NCBI GenBank assembly: GCA_021773645.1
Contig: JAJFJU010000003.1
Location: forward strand, 119,495-183,494
Reading direction: 5' to 3'
DNA from: Gammaproteobacteria bacterium
Lineage (GTDB): Bacteria > Pseudomonadota > Gammaproteobacteria > HK1
DNA: 64,000 bases
How positions within the stretch are numbered: the stretch's first letter is position 1; the number at the start of each line of letters is the position of its first letter. The notes beneath the pieces are model-generated. The model saw only the letters and a program-made list of their open reading frames with translations. It did not search any database and was not told the origin of the DNA. Below, piece by piece: positions 39,913 to 50,651 of this stretch. The translations under genes and the position numbers were made by a program.

Positions 39913-40499
39913 TGCCGCATATCAATCTATTACCTTGGCGCGAGGAACTGCGCAAACGACGTCAGCAGGAATTTTCCATTCTGGCTGGTGTTGCGGTGGC
40001 GCTGATGCTGGGTGTCGTTGCCATCGTGCACGTGCAGTTCAACGGTATGCTGGATTACCAGCAACAGCGAAATGCATTTCTTGAACAGCACATTGCCAAA
40101 TTGAACAAGAAAATCAAGGAGATAAAAAACCTGGATGGTGAGAAAAGCCGCCTGCTAGCACGGATGGAAATTATTCAGGAGTTGCAGGCTAGTCGTCCGG
40201 AGGTGGTTCATCTTTTCGATGAGATGGTCGCCACCCTGCCGGATGGAACTTACTATACCAAGCTGTCCCAGAAGGCCAACAAACTCAGTCTGGATGGGGT
40301 TGCACAGTCCAATGCACGGGTCTCTTCGCTGATGCGCACGCTTGAGGGTTCCGACTGGCTGAAAAATCCCGAGTTGGTAGAGATTACGGCGAATACTAAA
40401 AATAGCGGTGGTAGTGGCGGCTTGCGGATGAGCAATTTCAAATTGCGCATCCAGCAGAGTAAGCCGAACACCTCAAATGATGGGGGGGAATCGGGATGA
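39912..40499 (+). CDS. pilN: Type IV pilus protein PilN
   Basis: INLLPWRE followed by a TM helix; fits by position. Confidence 0.9.
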
Positions 40500-41101
40500 A
40501 TCTCTCGGAACTCCAGAGTCTGGATCCTAACAATGTTGGCAGCTGGCCCAAGCCAATCAAAATGTTGGTCATTTTATTGTTATCCGCAGCGGTATTGTTT
40601 GGGGGTTTTTGGTTTGATACCAAAGAGCAGATAGCGCTGCTGGAAGGTGCTGAAGCAAAGGAAGTTGAGCTAAAAAATATTTTTGAGGCCAAGCAGCGGC
40701 GGGCGGCGAGCCTGGGCCCTTTGAAGCGCCAATTAGCAGAAATGAAGCAATCGTTTGGCGCCATGTTGCGGCTGTTGCCTAATCGCACTGAGATTGAGGG
40801 CTTGTTGGTAGATATATCTCAATCGGGGTTGGCTAGCGGCCTGGAGTTTGAACTATTTAAGCCCAGTGCTGAGGTTCCGGCTGAATTCTATGCGATCCAG
40901 CCTATCCAGATTCGGGTCACCGGCACTTATCACGAGTTTGGCGAATTTATCAGCGCGGTTGCGGCCTTGCCAAGAATTGTTACCCAGCATGAGATCACTA
41001 TCGTGCCGGTAGGCGCACAGAAGGCGGGGAGTGAGTTGCGCATGAATCTGATAGCTAAAACTTACCGCTATCTTGAAGATGATGAGTTGCAGGCGAAATA
41101 G
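40496..41101 (+). CDS. pilO: Type IV pilus protein PilO
   Basis: ATGA overlap with pilN, followed by a TM helix and a coiled coil; fits by position. Confidence 0.88.
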   Translation: MNLSELQSLDPNNVGSWPKPIKMLVILLLSAAVLFGGFWFDTKEQIALLEGAEAKEVELKNIFEAKQRRAASLGPLKRQLAEMKQSFGAMLRLLPNRTEIEGLLVDISQSGLASGLEFELFKPSAEVPAEFYAIQPIQIRVTGTYHEFGEFISAVAALPRIVTQHEITIVPVGAQKAGSELRMNLIAKTYRYLEDDELQAK

Positions 41102-41110
41102 TTAGGAGAT

Positions 41111-41677
41111 ATGCAAGCTATGGTTCACCTGAACAACTTTCCAAGGACACTGTGGTGTGGCGTCAAAGTAGTCGCTTTGGCTCTGTTGGGTTTGTCGCTG
41201 GTTGCCTGTGAGAACAAAGGCATGGGTGATCTCGAGAGCTATACGCAGCAGATTCTTGTACGTAAGAGCCGGAAAATTGCGCCCTTGCCGGAAATCAGGC
41301 CTTATGAGGTCTATGCCTATCAGTCTGGTGAGGCCAAGGATCCCTTTCAGCCCTTTTTTACGGAAGAGCCAGAACAGCTTCAACGGACTAGCAGTGGCGG
41401 ACTCCAGCCTGACTTCAATCGTAACCGGGAGGAATTGGAGTCATTTCCATTGGATACGCTGCGCATGGTGGGCACCATTGAGCAGGGTGGGGAAAGTTGG
41501 GGCATTGTCCAATCCAGTGATAGCAGCGTGCACCGGGTGCAGCTAGACAACTATATGGGCCGGAATCACGGAAAAATCATTAATATCCAGGAAGACAGTA
41601 TCGAGTTGATTGAAATTGCACCCGACGGCCTTGGTGGTTGGGTAGAACGCTCGGCATCGCTGGCTCTGGTCGAATAG
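41111..41677 (+). CDS. pilP: Type IV pilus lipoprotein PilP
   Basis: Lipobox LSLVAC; fits by position. Confidence 0.85.
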   Translation: MQAMVHLNNFPRTLWCGVKVVALALLGLSLVACENKGMGDLESYTQQILVRKSRKIAPLPEIRPYEVYAYQSGEAKDPFQPFFTEEPEQLQRTSSGGLQPDFNRNREELESFPLDTLRMVGTIEQGGESWGIVQSSDSSVHRVQLDNYMGRNHGKIINIQEDSIELIEIAPDGLGGWVERSASLALVE

Positions 41678-41695
41678 CGAGATGGGGATAGCACC

Positions 41696-43825
41696 ATGAT
41701 AATGCAGCGCAAATTCTTCGAGTTCAGGGCATCTCTGGTGCCAGGGCTCCAGCGTATGGTTGGACTGCTATTAGTTCTGTTTGTGTTTAGTGCTGGGCTA
41801 ATGTCCAGTCCGACAGTGCTGGCAGAAAGCAAAGGGCCAAGTCTCGATGAGATCAGCTTTTCCACACTCCCTGGTGATCGGGTTGAGGTTAAGTTAAGCC
41901 TATCCGAAAAAATGGATGAGCCACTGCATTTTGCGATTGATAATCCAGCACGTATTGCTGTGGATTTGCCCGGAATTGGGCTTAATCTGCCACGCAAAAC
42001 CCAGACTATAGGCGTTGGTATGGCGCGCAGTATTGTTGCGGTGGAGGCGGGTGGCCGTACTCGCGTGGTGCTTAATCTGGTCAAGCTTGTGCCTTATGGC
42101 CTGCGAGTTGAGGGAAAGGCGGTCTATCTGACTTTGGAAAGTGCCGGTGCCGCGGGCAATATTGCTTTTTCCCCCGGGGCCGATACCAAGAAAGATCGGC
42201 GTATTGAGAATGTAGATTTCCGCCGTGGTGAGAATGGGGAGGCGCGAATTCTCCTCACTCTTTCTGATGCCGATACAGTGGTTGATACACGTCAGGAAGG
42301 AGGGAAGATCCTGGTAGATATTTTTGCTAGCAGTTTGCCTGAGGAGCTGCAGAGACGTCTTGATGTTGTAGATTTTGCAACTCCCGTCACCATTGTGGAT
42401 ACCTATGCTCGCGGTAACGATGTGCGCATGGTGCTGGAAACCAAAGGTGGCTTTGAGCATATCGCCTACCAGTCCGACAATCTCTTTACTCTGGATGTAA
42501 AACGCATACGTAAAGAGGATGTGGAAAGGGCCAATAAAAAGAAGTTTGGCTATACCGGTGAGCGTTTATCGTTAAATTTCCAGAGTATTGAAGTTCGTGC
42601 GGTACTCCAGCTGATTGCCGATTTTACCGGACTCAATTTAGTCGCCAGTGATACCGTCAGTGGTAGCCTTACCCTAAGGTTAAAAAACGTACCCTGGGAT
42701 CAAGCTTTAGACATCATTCTCCGGAGCAAAGGCTTGGCTATGCGCCAGGCGGGTAATGTGGTGATGGTGGCGCCCAGCGAAGAAATCGCTGCACGTGAAA
42801 AATTAGAGTTGGAAGCGCAGCAGCAAATAACCGAGCTGGCCCCGTTACAGACTGAATTTATCCAGGTCAATTACGCCAAGGCCTCCGACCTTGCCGATTT
42901 GCTCAAGGCAAAAGAAAACTCACTGATGTCCGAGCGCGGTAACGTCAGTGTGGATGAACGCACCAATACCTTGCTGGTGCGTGATACGGCGGAAAACCTC
43001 AACAGTATTCGTGGTTTGGTGTTGGAGCTCGATGTGCCAGTGCGTCAGGTGCTTATCGAGTCGCGCATCGTCATCGCTGACGATAATTTCAGTAAGGACT
43101 TGGGCGTTAAGTTCGGATTTTCCCGTGGCACTTCATTTGATAATAAAACCCGCAATTTAATCATTGGAGGCAAATTGCCCGGCGATACTGCCTTTGGTGA
43201 TCCGGCCGTGACCACCGCATTTTCGACCGACAGTAATGAAAACTTGATCGTTGACCTGCCCATCGGCTCTCCTGCAGGGGCGCTTGGCTTTGCCATTGGC
43301 AAGCTTGGCAGTAGCCTGCTGCAATTGGAGCTGCAGGCCATGCAGGCGGATGGACGAGGCGAAGTCCTTTCCAATCCACGGGTGATTACCTCTAATCAAA
43401 AAGAGGCAGTCATTGAGCAAGGTACAGAGATACCCTTCCAGGAGGCAACCTCCAGTGGTGCCACCTCCACCTCCTTTAAGAAGGCGGTGTTAAGCCTCAA
43501 GGTTACGCCGCAGATTACACCAGATGATCGGGTTATCATGGACTTGGCGGTCAACCAAGATACCGTTGGCCAGGTCTTTTCTGGTGTGCCCAGCATCAAT
43601 ACTCGGGAGCTTAAAACTCAGGTGTTGGTAGATAACGGGGATACCGTGGTGCTTGGAGGCGTCTACGAGCAGGTGACGCGCGATGATAGCCAGCGGGTTC
43701 CCTTTTTCGGTGACCTTCCCTATGTGGGCTTTCTCTTTCGTACCACGACGAAGCGGGATAACAAGAGTGAATTGTTGATTTTCGTCACCCCGAAAATTCT
43801 TAAAGAAACCCTTAGCGTTCGCTAA
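41696..43825 (+). CDS. pilQ: Type IV pilus secretin PilQ
   Basis: AMIN-like N-terminal domains are followed by a secretin C-domain (VPFFGDLPYVGFLFR..ELLIFVTPKI). Confidence 0.95.
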   Translation: MIMQRKFFEFRASLVPGLQRMVGLLLVLFVFSAGLMSSPTVLAESKGPSLDEISFSTLPGDRVEVKLSLSEKMDEPLHFAIDNPARIAVDLPGIGLNLPRKTQTIGVGMARSIVAVEAGGRTRVVLNLVKLVPYGLRVEGKAVYLTLESAGAAGNIAFSPGADTKKDRRIENVDFRRGENGEARILLTLSDADTVVDTRQEGGKILVDIFASSLPEELQRRLDVVDFATPVTIVDTYARGNDVRMVLETKGGFEHIAYQSDNLFTLDVKRIRKEDVERANKKKFGYTGERLSLNFQSIEVRAVLQLIADFTGLNLVASDTVSGSLTLRLKNVPWDQALDIILRSKGLAMRQAGNVVMVAPSEEIAAREKLELEAQQQITELAPLQTEFIQVNYAKASDLADLLKAKENSLMSERGNVSVDERTNTLLVRDTAENLNSIRGLVLELDVPVRQVLIESRIVIADDNFSKDLGVKFGFSRGTSFDNKTRNLIIGGKLPGDTAFGDPAVTTAFSTDSNENLIVDLPIGSPAGALGFAIGKLGSSLLQLELQAMQADGRGEVLSNPRVITSNQKEAVIEQGTEIPFQEATSSGATSTSFKKAVLSLKVTPQITPDDRVIMDLAVNQDTVGQVFSGVPSINTRELKTQVLVDNGDTVVLGGVYEQVTRDDSQRVPFFGDLPYVGFLFRTTTKRDNKSELLIFVTPKILKETLSVR

Positions 43826-43907
43826 GATCCGCGTTGTTTGAGACGCGGTTGCAGCCCAATTTGGCTAACCGGGGGCTGTGCTTCCCGGATAGTCTCGTGT
43901 TGTTTTT

Positions 43908-43930
43908 CCCTTGCTACGTGCGCCTAAATC
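43908..43930. repeat. Fragment resembling the family-A MITE terminus
   Basis: CCCTTGCTACGTGCGCCTAAATC matches CCCTCGCTACGAGCGCCTAAATC of copy A1 at 21 of 23 positions. Confidence 0.4.
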
Positions 43931-43972
43931 TCGCCAATTTCTAGGAAACATTGAGGTGCTGCGGTTCCACCT

Positions 43973-44491
43973 ATGAATATCCCAGAAAACATCTACCTTG
44001 TAGGCTCCATGGGTGCTGGCAAGACCACGGTTGGGAAGCAACTTGCGCAGAGTCTGGGAAAGGATTTCCTCGACAGCGATAAGGAGATCGAGAAGCGTAC
44101 GGGGGTCGATATCCCGTTGATCTTCGAGTTAGAGGGCGAGGCCGGTTTTCGCAAGCGAGAACGGCGCATGATCGCGGAATTGACGGAGCACAAGGACCTA
44201 GTGCTTGCTACGGGCGGTGGCGTCGTGCTGGATGAAGGCAACCGTTCTCACCTCATTGCCCGTGGCTTTGTTATCTATCTGTGCGCGCCCCTTGAACTGC
44301 TAGTGGAGCGCACAGCCCGATCCCGGAATCGCCCCCTGCTTGATAGCGTCGATCGGCGGGCTCAGCTCGAAGCAATACTTGAACTCCGGAACCCGCTATA
44401 TCGTCAGGTTGCCGACCTGACGGTGGAAAGTAATCATCGCAGTGCGCGCTGGATGGTGCGTCATATACTGGATGCCTTGGAAGCGTTATGA
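43973..44491 (+). CDS. aroK: Shikimate kinase
   Basis: P-loop GSMGAGKTTVG; 172 aa. Confidence 0.95.
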   Translation: MNIPENIYLVGSMGAGKTTVGKQLAQSLGKDFLDSDKEIEKRTGVDIPLIFELEGEAGFRKRERRMIAELTEHKDLVLATGGGVVLDEGNRSHLIARGFVIYLCAPLELLVERTARSRNRPLLDSVDRRAQLEAILELRNPLYRQVADLTVESNHRSARWMVRHILDALEAL

Positions 44492-45561
44492 CTACCGTTC
44501 AGGTGGAACTTGGGAGTCGTCGCTATCCGATCCACATTGGTGAGGGGTTGCTGGGACGCTCTGAATTGCTGGCGCCGCATATCGTTGGCCGCCAAGTGTT
44601 GGTGGTCACCGACGAACAGGTTGCCCCACATTATCTGCAATCGGTTTTAGCCAGTTTTTCCCGCTACGAAACCGAACAGTTGATCCTACCAGCTGGTGAG
44701 TCGCACAAGACTCTGGCGACGCTGAATCAGATTTTCGATGTGCTGTTGGAGCGTCGTTTTTCCCGTGATGCAATGCTGGTTGCACTAGGTGGCGGGGTGA
44801 TTGGCGATATGGTGGGTTTTGCCGCCGCTAGTTATCAGCGTGGCGTTGATTTCATCCAAATGCCCACGACCTTGTTGGCGCAGGTGGACTCTTCGGTGGG
44901 CGGAAAGACCGCGGTTAATCATCCCCTTGGGAAAAATATGATTGGGGCCTTTCATCAGCCGCGTTGCGTGATTGCTGATACCAGCACCCTGAAAAGCCTC
45001 GATCCACGGCAGTTGCGTGCTGGTTGTGCGGAGGTCATCAAATACGGGCTGATTAGCGATGCCAATTTTTTCGCCTGGTTGGAGAGCCATCTGGAAGAGG
45101 TACTCAGCCTCAAGCCGCAGGCGATAGCGGAGGCCGTACGTCGCTCCTGTGAGAATAAGGCCGCGGTGGTAAGTGCAGATGAGCATGAGCGTGGTCAGCG
45201 CGCGTTATTAAATCTGGGTCATACTTTTGGCCATGCCATCGAGACGGGGCTCGGATATGGGCGTTGGATTCATGGTGAGGCGGTGGCGGCGGGTATGGTG
45301 ATGGCGGCTGAGATGTCTGTCCGTCTCTGTATGCTGCCTGAGCAAGAAGCGGTGCGCATACGAGAACTACTTGAGCGTGCAAAACTTCCTACCGAACTAC
45401 CCTCGGAGCTTGGTGTTGAAAGCATGTTAAAACATATGTCCGTGGACAAGAAAGTACTTGCTGGGAAACTGCGGCTGGTCTTGCTAGAAGCCATTGGCCA
45501 GGCGCTGTTGGTAGATGATTTTGACCCCGTGGCCTTACGAGAAACCCTGCAGGTGGCGTGA
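44488..45561 (+). CDS. aroB: 3-dehydroquinate synthase
   Basis: ATGA overlap with aroK. Motifs GGGVIGDMVGFAA and LNLGHTFGHAIE are present. Confidence 0.96.
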   Translation: MTTVQVELGSRRYPIHIGEGLLGRSELLAPHIVGRQVLVVTDEQVAPHYLQSVLASFSRYETEQLILPAGESHKTLATLNQIFDVLLERRFSRDAMLVALGGGVIGDMVGFAAASYQRGVDFIQMPTTLLAQVDSSVGGKTAVNHPLGKNMIGAFHQPRCVIADTSTLKSLDPRQLRAGCAEVIKYGLISDANFFAWLESHLEEVLSLKPQAIAEAVRRSCENKAAVVSADEHERGQRALLNLGHTFGHAIETGLGYGRWIHGEAVAAGMVMAAEMSVRLCMLPEQEAVRIRELLERAKLPTELPSELGVESMLKHMSVDKKVLAGKLRLVLLEAIGQALLVDDFDPVALRETLQVA

Positions 45562-45634
45562 GTGATGATGTTTTTGTATATCCCCTTATTCGGCCGTGGC
45601 CAGCGGTAAACCAAGGTGCCAACAACCGAGCTAG

Positions 45635-45796
45635 GGAGCCTGTCGGATTTAGGCGCTCGTAGCGAGGGGAAGTCATTTTGAGACAGATTTTCTGGTCGTT
45701 TGAGGATAATAGTCCCTCTTATTAGACGAAAAGGAGCGGGAACTATGGCCAAAATGGCTTTTCCGCAGCAGAGCAGTCCTAAGTTCGACAGGCTCC
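45635..45796 (-). mobile_element. MITE-like element, family A, copy 3 (inverted relative to copies 1 and 2)
   Basis: It is the reverse complement of the A1/A2 consensus, with termini GGAGCCTGTCGGATTTAGG ... CCTAAGTTCGACAGGCTCC. Confidence 0.8.
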
Positions 45797-46941
45797 TAGC
45801 ACCTTATGCTGCCAGTGACGCGACCTCGCGTGGCCGGGTCTATGAGGAGCCCGCTCCAGATTGGCGTGGTGAGTTCCAGCGGGATCGTGATCGGATTATT
45901 CACTGCGCTGCTTTTCGGCGCCTGGAATACAAAACTCAGGTCTTCGTGAATCACGAGGGTGATATGTTCCGCACCCGGCTCACTCACTCCATTGAAGTCG
46001 CGCAGATTGCGCGCACCATTGCCCGTGCACTTTCCTTAAATGAGGATCTCACCGAGGCCATCGCCTTGGCCCATGATCTGGGGCACGCTCCTTTCGGTCA
46101 TGCGGGGCAGGAATCTTTAAACTGCTGCATGCGCGAATACGGCGGCTTTGAACACAATCTCCAATCCTTGCGTGTGGTGGAGGTGTTGGAGGAGCACTAT
46201 GCGAGCTTCCCCGGCCTTAATCTCAGCTTTGAGACCCGTGAGGGCATTCTGAAGCATTGCGCCCGTGCCAGTTATGAACGGGTGGGTGAGGCTGGTGAGC
46301 GTTTTCGTGAAGGTGGGCAGCCGAGCCTGGAGGCACAGGTTGCGGATTTGGCTGATGAGATTGCCTACAACAATCACGATTTAGATGATGGTCTGCGGGC
46401 TGGTTTGATTGAGGTGGAGGAGTTGCAGGAAATCGCGCTGTTTCGCGAGCCTTATCTGGAGGTACGCCGTGTTTGGCCTGAATTGTCTCAGCGCGGGGTG
46501 ATCCATGAGGTGATCCGGCACATGGTTAATCGTCAGGTCTGTGATCTGATTGAGACCAGTCGGGATCTTATCGCGTCGGTGAAACCAGCTGACATTGATG
46601 CGGTGAGACAGCATGACGGTGGTCCATTAATTTGCTTCGAGTCGACCATGCGTGCAGCACATCGGGAATTAAAACGTTATTTGGGCACCCACCTTTATCG
46701 TCACTACAGGGTCCACCGTATGACCACTAAGGCCAAGCGCACCTTGAAGGCATTATTCGAGGCCTTTATGGCGGATCTACAGGTGCTGCCTCCGACCACC
46801 CGCTCGCGAGTGCAAGCGCTACAGCAGGCAGATGGCGAGGCCGGTAAGGCACGGGGTATTGTCGACTATATTGCCGGCATGACTGATCGTTATGCCATTG
46901 CCGAATACGAGCGTCTGTTCACCCCCTCGCAACTCACCTGA
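45745..46941 (+). CDS. dGTP triphosphohydrolase-like HD-domain protein
   Basis: LAPYA..SRGR..FQRDRDRIIHCAAFRRLEYKTQVF, with the HD motif AHDLGHAPFGH. The only in-frame start codons (45745, 45754) lie inside repeat A3, and AAGGAG sits 8 nt upstream of 45745. Confidence 0.85.
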   Translation: MAKMAFPQQSSPKFDRLLAPYAASDATSRGRVYEEPAPDWRGEFQRDRDRIIHCAAFRRLEYKTQVFVNHEGDMFRTRLTHSIEVAQIARTIARALSLNEDLTEAIALAHDLGHAPFGHAGQESLNCCMREYGGFEHNLQSLRVVEVLEEHYASFPGLNLSFETREGILKHCARASYERVGEAGERFREGGQPSLEAQVADLADEIAYNNHDLDDGLRAGLIEVEELQEIALFREPYLEVRRVWPELSQRGVIHEVIRHMVNRQVCDLIETSRDLIASVKPADIDAVRQHDGGPLICFESTMRAAHRELKRYLGTHLYRHYRVHRMTTKAKRTLKALFEAFMADLQVLPPTTRSRVQALQQADGEAGKARGIVDYIAGMTDRYAIAEYERLFTPSQLT

Positions 46942-46949
46942 AGGACTGG

Positions 46950-48443
46950 ATGATGAAGCCCTATTTCAGTTCCCCCTCCCTAAGCAAGCAGCTCAAGCTG
47001 GCCCATCATCTCATCGGCTATAGCGACAGCCTGTTAGTCGTGACCGGGGTGGAGGGCAGTGGTAAGACGCGTTTTCTCCATGAGACCACTGAATTGGCGG
47101 GTGATTGGCGTATCTGTCTGCTAGAAGGTCGGGAGATTGCAGATATAGAAGCGCTTATGTCCAAGCTTACCCAGCATTTTGCCATTGCTGCCGCCAGTGA
47201 GTCTGATAGTGATAGATCGCAGGGGCTAAGAGAGTTGTTCAGGAGGGCCTCGCGCCCTGCCGGTGCCGTGGTGTTGTTGGTGGACGATGCCCAGTTGTTG
47301 GCCCCTGATGTGCTTGAATTACTGGTGGAGCTCGCCTGTAGTGAGGAAAAAGATGTGTTGCGCCTGGTATTAGCCGCTGCGCCTATAGCGATGGCCGGTA
47401 TACAGCAGTTGGCCCAGCAGCGGGGGGCTGGTCAGCGCGTGCATGGTATCGAAATGCCTACCTTGGATGAGGAAGAGACGGCTGACTTTCTTCATTTGCT
47501 GGTGAGTGAGGCCGACTGGTCGGGAGACAGTCCATTTGACGATGCCTTGGTGCACGATATTTACCAGCGTAGCAACGGGCTGCCCGGGCGCATTTGCGCG
47601 GCCGCTAAGGAGAGATTACAACCATCGCTTGAAGTTGCCAGCGGTACGGCTGGGTTGGCTAGTCGACTCGGGGTCTGGGGCTTGATTGCGGTGGTTTTGT
47701 TACTCGGCAGTTGGAGCTTATTCCGGAATGGCACCGAGGCTCCAGAAAAATCGCTGTCTGAGCCTGTCTTGCCACCACAGGCGGCAACTCAACCAGAGCC
47801 CCTTATTGCTGTTATTGCGGAGGCGCCAGTTGCCGTGGTGGACAACGCAGAGCCACAGCTGGAAGTTGAAGTAAGCCCAGCACCTATTGTTCGGCCGTTG
47901 CCAGCGAAAGTACCAGTGGCGACTGAGGATGAAAATCCTACACCCCCTGAGCGCGTGGCTAATGTCCCCTTTATGGTGCGTACGGAGCTGGAGCTCGCGG
48001 TGACAGAGTCTGCGGAAGATGCGGACACGATAGTGGCGACACCGGCGAGTGAGCCAGCCGCGGCAGCGCTAGCGAAACATCCTGTGGTTTTGGAAAGCAC
48101 CGTTAATACAGCGCCCGTAGTGCCGAAAGCACTGGCGGCCTTGCATGATCTATCCTGGTTGGCAAAGCAAAATTCAAAGCATCACACCGTCCAGATATTT
48201 GCGACTCACCATTTGAAGTCGCTACGTAAATTCGTCATTAGCCGGTCAATCGGACAAGACTTCGCCTGGTTTGAGACGGTTCACCGTGGCCAGCCCTGGT
48301 ACGTGCTGGTCCGTGGGGTTTATCCAGAGCGCAACGCCGCCCGCGTTGCCATAGCCTCCCTCCCATCAGCACTCAAGAAGGCGAAGCCCTGGATTCGGAG
48401 CATTGCCAGCATCACCGCTACGGCCACATCGCCGGGCCAATGA
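46950..48443 (+). CDS. AAA-ATPase (ExeA-like) / SPOR domain protein (DamX/PA5037-like position)
   Basis: An N-terminal P-loop (GVEGSGKT) is followed by a TM helix, a Pro/Ala-rich linker and a C-terminal SPOR-like fold (HTVQIFATHH..WYVLVRGVY). Confidence 0.75.
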   Translation: MMKPYFSSPSLSKQLKLAHHLIGYSDSLLVVTGVEGSGKTRFLHETTELAGDWRICLLEGREIADIEALMSKLTQHFAIAAASESDSDRSQGLRELFRRASRPAGAVVLLVDDAQLLAPDVLELLVELACSEEKDVLRLVLAAAPIAMAGIQQLAQQRGAGQRVHGIEMPTLDEEETADFLHLLVSEADWSGDSPFDDALVHDIYQRSNGLPGRICAAAKERLQPSLEVASGTAGLASRLGVWGLIAVVLLLGSWSLFRNGTEAPEKSLSEPVLPPQAATQPEPLIAVIAEAPVAVVDNAEPQLEVEVSPAPIVRPLPAKVPVATEDENPTPPERVANVPFMVRTELELAVTESAEDADTIVATPASEPAAAALAKHPVVLESTVNTAPVVPKALAALHDLSWLAKQNSKHHTVQIFATHHLKSLRKFVISRSIGQDFAWFETVHRGQPWYVLVRGVYPERNAARVAIASLPSALKKAKPWIRSIASITATATSPGQ

Positions 48444-48542
48444 CATGGCCTTGCTAATCGTATAATATACCTCGCTTTTTTCTCTTAGCCGTGATCCATT
48501 TTTACGGGTCGCGTGCGCTGTCCTCCAGGATAACTACACGCC

Positions 48543-49610
48543 GTGTCTGCCCCCGTGGAAAAGCCGCAAAATGATCGCCTGCTGCGCGCGCTGGCGCGTG
48601 AGCCAGTGGACGCGACGCCGGTATGGATCATGCGTCAGGCCGGTCGTTATCTGCCCGAGTATCGCGAGACGCGGGCCCGCGCCGGCAGTTTTTTGAAGCT
48701 TTGCAGCACCCCGGAGCTGGCTTGCGAGGTGACCTTGCAGCCGCTCGCACGTTTCCCTCTGGATGCGGCGATCCTGTTCTCTGACATCCTTACCATTCCC
48801 CATGCCATGGGCTTAGGGCTGGAATTTGTCGAAGGTGAAGGCCCCAGCTTTCAGCACCCGGTACAAACGGCGCAGGAGATTATGAAGCTTGGCGTACCGG
48901 ATCCGGAGACGGAGCTGCGTTATGTGATGGATGCCGTGCGCCTGATTCGCCAAGAATTGGATGGTCGGGTACCGCTCATCGGTTTTTCAGGTAGCCCCTG
49001 GACTCTGGCGAGTTATATGGTGGAAGGGCGGGCCCCTGGACATTTTCGCAAGGTGAAGGGTTTGATGTACGGGGAGCCGCAGGCTCTGCACCACCTGCTG
49101 GATATTCTGGCACGCTCCGTGGCGGTTTATCTGGAGGCACAGATGAAGGCTGGCGCCCAAGTATTGATGATTTTTGATACCTGGGGCGGAGTGCTGAGTT
49201 CAGCCGCCTATGAGGAATTTTCCCTGCATTATGTGCGCCAGATCCTGGCGCTATTGCCGGTCGAGAATCGCCCGCCAGTTATCCTTTTTAGCAAGGGTGG
49301 TGGCGGCTGGTTAGAGTCCATGGCTGATATCGGCTGTGACGCCTTAGGGCTTGATTGGAGTATGGATATCGGCGTGGCCCGAAGCCTGGTTGGCCGCCGA
49401 GTGGCTTTACAGGGCAACCTGGATCCCGCCCTGCTCGAAGCCCCCGACGAGGTTATCCGTACCGAGGTGGGGCGAGTGTTGGCATCTTATGGTGAGGGTG
49501 CAGGCCACATCTTTAATCTGGGGCACGGCATTCAGCCGTGGATGGCCCCGGAAAAAATGGCGGTGCTGGTAGATGCAGTACATGAGCTGAGCCGGCAGTA
49601 CCATCCGTGA
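48543..49610 (+). CDS. hemE: Uroporphyrinogen decarboxylase
   Basis: [15 protein letters not shown] signature. GTG start. Confidence 0.96.
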   Translation: MSAPVEKPQNDRLLRALAREPVDATPVWIMRQAGRYLPEYRETRARAGSFLKLCSTPELACEVTLQPLARFPLDAAILFSDILTIPHAMGLGLEFVEGEGPSFQHPVQTAQEIMKLGVPDPETELRYVMDAVRLIRQELDGRVPLIGFSGSPWTLASYMVEGRAPGHFRKVKGLMYGEPQALHHLLDILARSVAVYLEAQMKAGAQVLMIFDTWGGVLSSAAYEEFSLHYVRQILALLPVENRPPVILFSKGGGGWLESMADIGCDALGLDWSMDIGVARSLVGRRVALQGNLDPALLEAPDEVIRTEVGRVLASYGEGAGHIFNLGHGIQPWMAPEKMAVLVDAVHELSRQYHP

Positions 49611-50527
49611 GTGGGTTGAGGGCGAGTGGGTTGATCCTGGCCAAGGGGTTTTGCATGGGCAGCGCCGATGTTATTCCAGGCGTTAGCGGGGGCACCATGG
49701 CCTTTATCCTCGGTATCTACGAGCGCTTGCTCAAGGCTATTCGCAGTTTCGATCTGCAATTGCTGGGTGCTATTCGAAGGCTAGAGTTGGGTTCGGCCTT
49801 GCGCCATGTTGATAGCAGTTTTCTACTGCCTCTGGTGCTGGGGATTTTTGCGGCCTTGATGTTCTTTACCCGGGTGGTCTCTCTACCCGCTTTGATTTTG
49901 AGTGATCCGGTACCGGTCTATAGCCTGTTTATGGGCCTAGTGTGCGCCTCTATCGTAGTGTTGTTGCGGGAGCTGCCTAGCCCGGGTGGGGCCAACTTAA
50001 TCTGGTTGGGGATGGGCGCATTGGCCGGTTGGAGCATTTTTAATATGGTGCCCTTTGCCACGCCCGAGGCCCCCTGGTTTATCTTTTTGTGCGGTGCTTT
50101 GGCCATATCAGCGATGATTCTGCCGGGGATTTCCGGTTCGTTTATACTGCTCGTCCTGCACAAGTATGCCTACATCTTTGATGGCATCGGCAGGCTGGAC
50201 TTGGGGATCCTCGTTCCCTTTGCTCTGGGGGCGGTGTTGGGCTTAGTGGTTTTTTCGCGTTTTTTGCTCTGGCTGTTGGGTAATTTTTACCAGCGGACCC
50301 TGGAGACCATCATTGGTTTGCTCGTTGGCTCGTTGTGGGTGCTGTGGCCATTTCAAGAGCGCAGCTACGAAATTATCCGTGGCAAGACCCGCCTGATTGG
50401 CTCCGCACCTATTTTGCCTGCTGAACTGGATGCATCAGTAGGTATTGCGGTGGGATTGGCACTGCTTGGCCTACTTGCCGTATTTACATTGAATTTTCTG
50501 GCCAAGCGTCGCCAGCAGGTGGCTTGA
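49607..50527 (+). CDS. DUF368 membrane protein
   Basis: [14 protein letters not shown], repeated later as [12 protein letters not shown] overlap with hemE. Confidence 0.85.
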   Translation: MSGLRASGLILAKGFCMGSADVIPGVSGGTMAFILGIYERLLKAIRSFDLQLLGAIRRLELGSALRHVDSSFLLPLVLGIFAALMFFTRVVSLPALILSDPVPVYSLFMGLVCASIVVLLRELPSPGGANLIWLGMGALAGWSIFNMVPFATPEAPWFIFLCGALAISAMILPGISGSFILLVLHKYAYIFDGIGRLDLGILVPFALGAVLGLVVFSRFLLWLLGNFYQRTLETIIGLLVGSLWVLWPFQERSYEIIRGKTRLIGSAPILPAELDASVGIAVGLALLGLLAVFTLNFLAKRRQQVA

Positions 50528-50651
50528 GGCCAAATAAGTTTCTGATTTATGAAAGGAAGATCTGGGTTGTTCAGAGTTTTCTAATAATTATGCCGCGGTC
50601 GTTCTCAACGGAATCCGGTCGCGGGAAACACAAGTGACAGAGGTTAGCGCT

